Assembly (NCBI RefSeq): GCF_009914755.1
Contig: NC_060947.1
From: the human T2T-CHM13v2.0 reference genome, Homo sapiens
Reading direction: 5' to 3' (one strand)
Length of the DNA: 64,000 nucleotides
The notes beneath the pieces are model-generated. The model searched no databases, had not been told where the DNA came from, and saw only the letters and a list, made by a program, of their open reading frames with translations. Positions 10,701 through 18,990 of this stretch are shown here, piece after piece; the first letter of the stretch is position 1; each line of letters begins with the position of its first letter. The position numbers and the translations under genes are program-made.

Positions 10701-13700
10701 CTCCGTGAAGAATTTGATCAAGGTCTGGATGTAGTGCTGGATGACAATCAGAATGTGCATGATGTGGCTGCACTCCTCAAGGAGTTTTTCCGTGACATGA
10801 AGGATTCTCTGCTGCCAGATGATCTGTACATGTCATTCCTCCTGACAGCAAGTGAGTCTTCTGACCTCCCTAGTAGGGCAAGGAAAGGAAATATTACTGG
10901 GGTCTAGGGGGTTCTAGGGACAGAGCTCAGGCTGGAGGACTTTGAAGAACTAAGGCAAAATGACCATAAGAAGATTTTAAAAACCTCTCCAGAATATATA
11001 CAATTATTATTTGTCAATTAAAAATAAAATTTTAATAAAAAACTTATTTGGGTTACTTTCTTTGTATTTCTAAATGTTCCATTATAAGTCTGTTGCTTGG
11101 AAATTTCTCTAGAGCTTCTTGAAGATGTGTGTGCCCTCTCAGGTCAAAAAAAAAAAAAACCACCCAGGTTCTGTAGAGGAGGTCTGGTTTTTATGGGGGC
11201 ACTTCTTGCTTTCAGAGTTCCTGAGCTCAAATGCTTTGGAAATGAGCAAAGGCAAGATGCCTGGGTACTTTCTCCATAACTGCCAGCAAGTTTCAAGCAG
11301 AATCTCACCTCCCTTGGTATCAGTCTGCAGCCAAGACTATCCCCCTGAGACAGCCCCTGTTTTCCTTCTTCTAGCTTTAAAGCCCCAGGATCAGCTTTCT
11401 GCCCTGCAGTTGCTGGTCTACCTGATGCCACCCTGCCACAGTGATACCCTGGAGCGTCTGCTGAAGGCCCTGCATAAAATCACTGAGAACTGCGAGGACT
11501 CAATTGGCATTGATGGACAGTTGGTAAAAAGATCTTGGAAAGAGTAGTGAAAACTGTAGTAGGGGACATATGTGGGAGTATATCAGCAAGAGGGTGGATG
11601 GAGAGGAGAGAGAGAAACAAGAATAAAAAGAGACATATTCATTTGTACAACTCCCAGTACTACCTCAGCGTCAATCACTTTCTGCTTTCCTTTGCCTAGG
11701 TCCCAGGCAACCGTATGACTTCCACTAACTTGGCCTTGGTGTTTGGATCTGCTCTCCTGAAAAAAGGAAAGTTTGGCAAGAGAGAGTCCAGGAAAACAAA
11801 GCTGGGGATTGATCACTATGTTGCTTCTGTCAATGTGGTCCGTGCCATGATTGATAACTGGGATGTCCTCTTCCAGGTAGGTGCAAGTTTTGGATGCACT
11901 TGTTTTACACATCCATCTCCTGTTCACAAGGCAAGGCACAGTTGTACCTGCATCTTTGAGGGTAGCCAAAACAGGCAGCCACAAGATCGTCCAGTCTAGA
12001 AATTCCTCCCACATTAGCTGGCCCTGGTACCTTTAGTCCTAGGTACCTGAAAGAGATGAGTATAAATGAAAAGGTGCTGTGTAATGATGGCTAATGTTGC
12101 TAATTCTACCCTCAGGTGCCTCCCCATATTCAGAGGCAGGTTGCTAAGCGCGTGTGGAAGTCCAGCCCGGAAGCACTTGATTTTATCAGACGCAGGAACT
12201 TGAGGAAGATCCAGTGAGTGTTTTTTGGGTTTGTTTATGCTTAGCCTGAAGTACCTCCTCCTATGGGGTTTTCCAACTCCAGACTATCTTTATATTAAGT
12301 AACGCAAGTACACAAACTGACTTTTTCAAAATCCTTCCCATTCAGGAGTGCACGCATAAAGATGGAAGAGGATGCACTACTTTCTGATCCAGTGGAAACC
12401 TCTGCTGAAGCCCGGGCTGCTGTCCTTGCTCAAAGCAAGCCTTCTGATGAAGGTCAGTTCCCTGCTGGAGGTCAGGCCCTTGCTGAAGGTCAGTCCCTTG
12501 TTGAAGGTCAGGCCCTTTTTGAAGGCCAGGTCGTTGCTGAAGATGAGCCCCTTGAGGAAGATGAGTCCTCTGAGGAAGATGAAGAGCTAGTATTTGAATA
12601 TCTTAATCAAGGAGTAGTCTTTGGGGAAGCTCAAGGTCTAGAAATCCCAAATAACTTTGAGATTCAGGGCCCACATCTTGAAGGAATACCAGAGCTTGAT
12701 GAGGAAGATGATGATGATGATAATGATACTTTAAATTTTGATGATCTTCCTCCCCTTGGAGATATTCTAGAACCAGATAATGAAATTCCAGAACTCATTG
12801 AGATCCCAGACTTTGAAGAAATTCCATATTTTGATATGGTCCCAGACCTTGAAGGAGCCCCAGATGTGCAAGAAATCCTGAACCCTGGAGAAAACTCAAA
12901 CCATGACCTAGAAGAAGGAGCAGATTTTGAAGACCACCAAAATCTTAACCTTGCAGAAGCTCCCTATCTTGATGTAATCCCAAACAATGAAATCCCAGAC
13001 CACGCAGATCCTTCAGATAATGATGAAATCCAAGATTCTGAAGAAGATCCCAGTCTTGAAGATGTCCCAGCTGTTGATGAAGTTCCAAATGATGAAGCCT
13101 CAAATACTGAAGAAATCCCAGACTATGAAGCCCCAGAGGTAAATGGGATTTCAGACTCTGAGGAAGACCTTGATTTTGAAGAAGTCTCAGCTCTTTATGT
13201 GGTTCCAAGCCCTGAAGAAGCCCCTGGTGGACATGAAATCCCAAATCATGAAGAATCTCCAGAGGTTAGTGGACTCTCAGACCCTGAAGAAGATCCCAGT
13301 CTTGAAGAGGTCTCAGATTTTGATGGAATCCCAAAATGATGAGGAAGCCTCAGACACTGAAGAAATTCCAGACCATGAAGAAGCTCCAGAGACCAATGGA
13401 ATTGCAGGCCCTGAAGAGGTCCCAGCTCTCCATGTAGTCACAGGCCCTGAAAATGTCTCTGATTTTGATGAAATGCAAGACCATGAAGAATCCTCAGATG
13501 TGAGTGGAGTCCCAAACACCGAAGAAGCCTCAGATATTGAAGAAATTCCGGGACGTGAAGAAGCCTCTGATGTTAGTGGAAACCAAGACTCTGAAGAAAG
13601 CCCTAGTCTTGAAGAAGATTCAGTTCTCTATGTGGCTCCAAAACCTAAGGATGCCCAGATTTACAACAAAGTTCAAGATTATCAGAAAGACCAAGCCAGT

Positions 13701-14572
13701 GCATTTGAAGAAGAAGAAGTTACCACTATGGCTCCAGAAACTGATGATGTCTCCATTCTCAATACAATTCCAGACCCTCCACAAGACCTGGCTGTCAATC
13801 TTGAAGAAGTCATGGATGTGGAAGAAGTCCCAATGCCTAAAGATTTAAACTCTAAAGAGGTTCAGAATCCAAAGGCAATTCAGTTTCATAAAGATGCAGA
13901 TGTTGCATTCCCTGTAGATACCACTCTCCTTAAAAACAAGTCTCAGCCTGGCCAAGTCATGGACTACAAGTCCTCACCAGAGGTGTTGAAGGGCAACACC
14001 TGCTTTCTGTCTTCCATGCAGTGCTGTAAGCTTTCAGCTCTAGCTTTGTTACTCATTTGCTTGGTAAAATTAGTCAGGTTACTTGTAGGGTGGTGGTGGT
14101 TATTAGGAGGTCGCCCTCTTACCTGTCTCCCTGGTGGTATTGTCCATTCCCTCTGAGCGCAGGGTATCTGTCTTACTCTTTCTCTTTCCTAACTCAGCTC
14201 TTTTCCCAGTTCCCACAGTGGTCCTAGATTCAGAGATCTGTGTTCTGCTGTCAGGCTGTAGTATTCTTATATGTCAAATGGGGATAATCATCCCTGTCCT
14301 ACCTTCTTGCCTCATACTGTATTTGAAACTCAAAATTAGGTCTTAGTGCCTTGGGTGCTGCGCAAAGTATAAAGTCTAGAAACATAAGGAGTTAACATTG
14401 TTACTATTTTTCAGGTTCCTCTGAGGAGCCAGCTGTGCCTTCCGGCACTGCCCGTTCCCATGACGATGAGGAAGGAGCGGGTAACCCTCCCATTCCGGAG
14501 CAAGACCGCCCATTGCTCCGTGTGCCCCGGGAGAAGGAGGCCAAAACTGGCGTCAGCTACTTCTTTCCTTAG
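7453..14572 (+). CDS. ARHGAP36: ARHGAP36 spliced CDS, 547 aa: join(7453..7705,8952..9017,9521..9756,10002..10194,10413..10468,10701..10851,11375..11523,11700..11876,12116..12213,12346..12452,14415..14572)
   Basis: All introns are GT-AG with compatible phases; exon lengths sum to 1644 nt. Translation [19 protein letters not shown]...RhoGAP-like domain...[10 protein letters not shown] is recognised as ARHGAP36. Confidence 0.97.
7570..8870. promoter_or_regulatory. CpG island / probable internal alternative promoter of ARHGAP36
   Basis: Dense CpG and high GC (e.g. gcggtgcgggcgcgggggcggcggc, GC boxes) against an AT-rich background; strong donor GGG|GTAAGC at 8296. Confidence 0.8.
8952..9017 (+). 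CDS. ARHGAP36: ARHGAP36 coding exon 2 ([22 protein letters not shown])
   Basis: Acceptor tctttctgtag; donor G|GTGAGG; phase 1-1. Confidence 0.93.
9521..9756 (+). CDS. ARHGAP36: ARHGAP36 coding exon 3, arginine-rich region
   Basis: Acceptor ctccccag; encodes AVSHKTFG...[15 protein letters not shown]...FTRRGRR; donor CGA|GTGAGT. Confidence 0.95.
10002..10194 (+). CDS. ARHGAP36: ARHGAP36 coding exon 4 (GAVSVDS...IEKH)
   Basis: Acceptor tttctccacag; start of RhoGAP fold [16 protein letters not shown]; donor G|GTAAGG. Confidence 0.95.
10413..10468 (+). CDS. ARHGAP36: ARHGAP36 coding exon 5 ([19 protein letters not shown])
   Basis: Acceptor ctttcag; donor CAG|GTAAAT; GIFT motif where RhoGAPs have GIFR. 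Confidence 0.95.
10701..10851 (+). CDS. ARHGAP36: ARHGAP36 coding exon 6 (LREEFD...[15 protein letters not shown]...)
   Basis: Typical RhoGAP [12 protein letters not shown] motif; AG/GT boundaries. Confidence 0.95.
11375..11523 (+). CDS. ARHGAP36: ARHGAP36 coding exon 7 ([20 protein letters not shown]...DGQL)
   Basis: Acceptor cttctag; donor TTG|GTAAAA; RhoGAP helices. Confidence 0.94.
11700..11876 (+). CDS. ARHGAP36: ARHGAP36 coding exon 8 ([16 protein letters not shown]...WDVLFQ)
   Basis: RhoGAP NxMxxxNLAxVFG motif; donor CAG|GTAGGT. Confidence 0.95.
12116..12213 (+). CDS. ARHGAP36: ARHGAP36 coding exon 9 (VPPHIQRQ...NLRKI)
   Basis: Acceptor ccctcag; donor CA|GTGAGT (phase 2). Confidence 0.93.
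12346..12452 (+). CDS. ARHGAP36: ARHGAP36 coding exon 10, penultimate ([13 protein letters not shown]...KPSDE)
   Basis: Acceptor ccattcag; donor AAG|GTCAGT at 12453 (phase 1). Confidence 0.93.
12453..13339 (+). CDS. ARHGAP36: Putative in-frame read-through or retained-intron extension of ARHGAP36 encoding an acidic repeat tail (790-aa isoform)
   Basis: No stop for 884 nt past the donor; D/E/P-rich protein-like repeats. Expression cannot be shown from sequence. Confidence 0.5.
13337..14156 (+). pseudogene. Frameshifted continuation of the acidic repeat ORF (+1 frame)
   Basis: Same repeat units ([14 protein letters not shown]) continue in the +1 frame right after CCAAAATGA. Confidence 0.6.
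14415..14572 (+). CDS. ARHGAP36: ARHGAP36 last coding exon (GSSEEPAVP...SYFFP*)
   Basis: Acceptor tttttcag; TAG at 14570-14572. Confidence 0.94.
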
Positions 14573-15670
14573 ATGTTTTTCCTTCTATAAGGTGCCAGAC
14601 AGGGGAAAAGGGTGGGGGTACATCTGGGATGTCACAGGAAACATTAAGGAGAGAGTTGAAGGTAAAGATCTGAAGGTAAGAAGGAGTTCCACCTGATGCT
14701 CGGGTCAGGATGAGAATTCCAAACACACTGCCAGCCCCTTCACTGGGGATGCTTGGTCTCTTCTGCTGGTAAAAGCAGAGATGTTTCTGTGTCATGCCCA
14801 AGCTCCCCGGTGCTACCTTGCCTTTCTCTTTTACCCCTGATCTTGGCTTTCTCTCTCTCTCTGCAGACTTTCCTTTAATTGATGTGACATTTGTGGTAAA
14901 CACCTTTCCCAGGGAACCTCACAAATCTTGAGATGCTTTCCCTTCCCCAAATGGGATTGCATGATTTCCCTGACTTTCCTACCCTCCTCCAGAGAGCTCA
15001 GTTGGAAAGGCCCTCAAGAGGCATGCTAGAACGTTAGGTCAGCCTACTGACAGCTGACAAACAATTAATGCGAAATCATGTCACACCAACCCATAGCCGT
15101 GTCCACGCAGCAACTCCACCACCTTAGGATTTCCCCCTCCAAATTATTCAGACCAATGGCTTGCCAAATGGCCTCTCCCAAAATTCTGTACAGTTTTGCT
15201 CAGGTCACGCCAACAGGGAAACCTCAAGTGTAGGTCTAATTAGTGTTTCTGGGATCCAAAGTTAGAGGAAAATTTAGATTTTATTGCCTGGATCTGCTTT
15301 AAAGACAATTGGTGTTTACACCCTCTTGTCAGCAAAACAGCTAGTTAGGTAAGGACATATAGTTCCAAGTAGGTAAAGTCACTTGATTACAAATGTTCTT
15401 AACTATCGTCTCTGTAATTCCTTTATACAGGACAGTACAAAATTGTGGGACATGCTCTGGTAACACACAGATATGGGTTGCATATGATCCAGAATTACAG
15501 CTGATATTATGGATGACAACTGCTAAGGTCCATAAAATGAAGACTGTATTGTATTGAGGGATAGAAATTGATCATTTAATGGGTAACAACTGCTGAGCTC
15601 AAAGATTTGTGATTGTTAAAACTTCTCTGGCATTTAATCATTAATAAACATCTGTATTGTGACAGCAGCA
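14573..15670 (+). other. ARHGAP36: ARHGAP36 3' UTR (end approximate)
   Basis: Unique sequence from the stop codon to just past AATAAA at 15643. Confidence 0.75.
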
Positions 15671-15702
15671 TATTCATGGCTTACTGTGTTTTTCTTCTTT
15701 TT
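15643..15702 (+). terminator. Polyadenylation signal AATAAA plus downstream GU/U-rich element
   Basis: AATAAA at 15643-15648 followed ~35 nt later by ttactgtgtttttcttcttttt. Confidence 0.8.
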
Positions 15703-15709
15703 AATTTGG

Positions 15710-16270
15710 GGGGTGAGTTGGGAAGCTCTGACTAGAGAGCTGAAGGGGTAAAGGAGAGGTGAATAGAAATAAACAGGACAGGGTGATGTAGAATAAAGAA
15801 GAAGATGACATGGGATAAAGGGAAGGGGGTGACAAGGAATGAGGGGGTGGAGTGATGTGGAATAAAGGGGAGGGAGTGAAGTGGGAAAAAGGGGATAGAG
15901 TGATGTGGGGTAAAGGGGAGGGAATAGAGTTGAATAAATGAGAGGGGGAGACATGGAATAGAGAGGGAATGACATGGGATAAAGGGAAGGGGGGTGACAT
16001 GAAATGAGGGGGTGGAGTGAGGTGGAATAAAGGGGAGGGGATGATATGGAATAAAGGGGAGGGGCTGATGTGGAATAAATGGGGGGTGAGGTGGAATAAA
16101 GGGAAGTAAAATAGAATAAAGGGGAAGGGCTATAATGGAATAAAGGGGGTGGAAGTATTACTATTAAAGTAGAAAAGGTTAAGGGGAGATGAAAGAGAAG
16201 TAGAGGAAGCAAAGGAAGCTTAAGAGGAGAGCCTATAAGGGGGAAGGGAGGGGAATAAATGAGGAGACCA
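15710..16270 (+). repeat. Purine-rich degenerate ~24-bp minisatellite (TGATGTGGAATAAAGGGGAGGGG-like)
   Basis: GGAATAAAGGGG recurs; exact 24-nt spacing of AATAAA at 16026/16050/16074. Confidence 0.8.
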
Positions 16271-16589
16271 CTAGGTATTTTCAACTGAGAAGTTCCCCCG
16301 AATCAGTGAAAAATAAAATCCTAAAAACATAGGCAGACATATGACTTCCAAGGGTCAGAGGAAGAACATACTGCTGTCTGACTGATAAAACTTCCAACCT
16401 TTCTTGAAAACTTATGGCTTCATGACATACTTGAAAATTTTCCATGTTAGATACAGGGCCTTAGAAAGTGGAATGGTTTGTGTTATTTATTTTTACACAC
16501 TTTGCTTTAGGGTATTTCCTTGCATAGAGCTTTACAGACTGCAGACTCGTAGCATTGTCCCCTCCTACACTAATAAATTTTGTAAATAA

Positions 16590-16830
16590 TAATAATCCTG
16601 ATAGTTAACACATATCAAGGTCTTCCAAAGTGTCTGACACTGTTAAAAACTTTACGTTCATCATTTAATTTAATATTCACAATAACACTTTGAGATATAT
16701 GCTACTGTCATCTTCAATTTACTCTTGAAGAAAATGAGGTACAGAGAGGTTAAATAACCTGCCCAAATTACACAGTTGGTTAGTGGAAAACCAGCCAGTC
16801 TCTAAAGCTGGCTTGTTTAAACACTAGATT
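16590..16830 (-). mobile_element. MIR SINE remnant
   Basis: gaagaaaatgaggtacagagaggttaaataacctgcccaaattacacag. Confidence 0.65.
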
Positions 16831-17399
16831 ATACTGGTCCATTCATCTTGGGATTTTGCCTCAGACACAAAGATGCACTGTGATGTCTGCAGCAATTTTT
16901 TTATATTGGGGTTTGGACTTTCAACAAGCAAGTTTCAGGTTTCTTCCTTATAGGTCCTTTCTCTCCAGAAAGGACAGGCTATTAGACAATAACTGATATT
17001 TCAGGCAGATTCTAGCAGTTATAGCTGGGGCTTACAGATATCAGAGGCAGAAGAAAATGTAGGAGCTCACCCATTCCAACCTTCTTGTTATGTGAATAGT
17101 CATACTAGGGCTCAGACTTGGGAAAGGTCAGAAATCCGGGAGTAAGATTCGGACAGACCTTCTGACTGCATTTCCAGGACTTTATGGGGTCAAAAAAGTA
17201 AAATATGTCCCGTGAAAAGTTTATGTGTGCTTTCACCATTCAGCTTCAAAACAAACCAGATAACAAAGAAGAAAGTAGATTTGAAAACATTGCCTTCACT
17301 CTCTGGCCTTCCCTGAAACCAGGTTTTCTCCTAATCTTACATTTCTTCCCAGTGCCAATTCCTAACCAGCCTCAGGGACTGGGCCTGAGAGTGTTTGTA

Positions 17400-18990
17400 G
17401 ATGTGGGCATTATCCTTGCTGTTCTCCACACTGTAAGGACCCAGCTCACAGGCTTCCTGACACTCCAAGTCCTGTCCTTATTCTGGGTGCCACCAACAAT
17501 GTACACATGGAAGTCTTACCCCATATACCCTGGCCTCACACCTCTCTGACCTTTAACTTCTTAGTACCTCAACCACTCCCAGTCACTTGGCATCACTGGG
17601 CGTGGCTTCAACTCCAATATCCCACTGAGGCCCAAATCTTCTAACGAAGGCTGGGTCCATGCCATTTGCTCTTTGGCTTCCCTGAGGGATCCAGTACCCA
17701 AGACCTTCCTTTTGTCTTCACTATTTTCCCTGTCCAGACAAAATTTGGGGCATATTGATTTAGTATTAACTGCCTTATCATCCCCTTGCCCTCCAAATAC
17801 CACATCTGCACTATTTATCTCCAATTTTCGGTCTTTCCAAACAAATGTTTTCTCTGATTCCATAATAACCACTGTGGGAGAAAGGAGCAGCACCCCAAGA
17901 ATTTCCAACCTCAGCTGGCCCTTCTGGCCACCTTGCAATCCTTTCACACACCCTAGGTCATCTCTTTCTCCAATTTTCATCCTATCTGTACTCCAAGATT
18001 TTCATCACTCCTCTCAAACAACAGCCCCTTTCACTCTACCCTCACCACACCCCATACAATGGCTCAGACTCCTACTTCATAAAGGAGATTGAGGTTAACT
18101 TCAGCTCCTTGACCCTACACCTACAATGGTCTTTTTGGCTTCACTAACTCTCACTTCATATTGCATAGCACTACTTCTTATTATATAGCACTCCTTCAGC
18201 TTAGAAGTTCCTATTCTAGTTTCTTTTCCCTTGCTCTGTCTCTCCTCTGCTTTCCTTCTCCATTACCCCCACCCCTAAAACCTTGCTTACACTATTATCT
18301 CAGTTCTCTTGCCTGATTTTTAAATCTCTCCTTGTCTACTAGTTCACTTACTTCAGGATATTCTCATGATCAAGTGTCTCTCATCCTTAGAAACAATTCC
18401 TTGATCCGTCATCACCCTGTAACAATTGCTATACTGCTCTTTTTGTCAAACTCATTGAAAGAAGAGTCTGTTCTATTCTGTATCTTCCTTCTTTTTTTTT
18501 TTTTTTTTTTGAGACAGAGTCTCATTTGTGTCACCCAGGCTGGAGTGCAGTGGCATGATTGTGACTCAATGCAACCCCTGTCTCCTGGGCTCATGCCATC
18601 CTCATGCCTCAACCTCCCAAGTAGCTTGGGCTACAGGCGCATGCTTCCACACCCTACTAATTTTTTTTTGTATTTTTTGTAGAGATGGGGTTTTGCCATG
18701 TTGACCAGGCTGGTCTTGAACTCCTGAGCTCAAGTGACTCACCTACCTCAGCCTCCCAAAGTGCTGGGATTACAGGCGTGAGCCACCACGCCTGGTCTCT
18801 ATCTTCCTTCTCACCTCCCATGTATTCTTCAGTCCATACCAATCAGGCTTCTATTCCCACTACTCTAATAAAATGGTGGCAAAAGTCACCACCAATAACC
18901 TATTATTACATTCAGTAAACATTGGTAATACACTTATTTTCCTCAGTCTCAGTGACACCACCACACCATCATCTCTTGATGTTTTACTCA
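17400..18990 (+). mobile_element. Degenerate L2 LINE internal fragment, interrupted by an Alu
   Basis: C/T-rich text resembling L2 ORF2; boundaries approximate. Confidence 0.45.
18491..18796 (-). mobile_element. AluJ-like SINE
   Basis: poly(T) followed by gagacagagtctc...cccaaagtgctgggattacaggcgtgagccacc. Confidence 0.92.

Noticed and set aside
12453-14156. Acidic ORF as an independent retrogene or transposon insertion
   Set aside because: No poly(A) tail, TSD or recognisable TE similarity; its first units are copies of the ARHGAP36 exon end and it is in frame with the exon. A BLAST search would be needed to exclude this fully.
15634-16284. 216-aa P/L/S/Y-rich ORF on the - strand
   Set aside because: Antisense reading of the purine-rich minisatellite; no other coding evidence.
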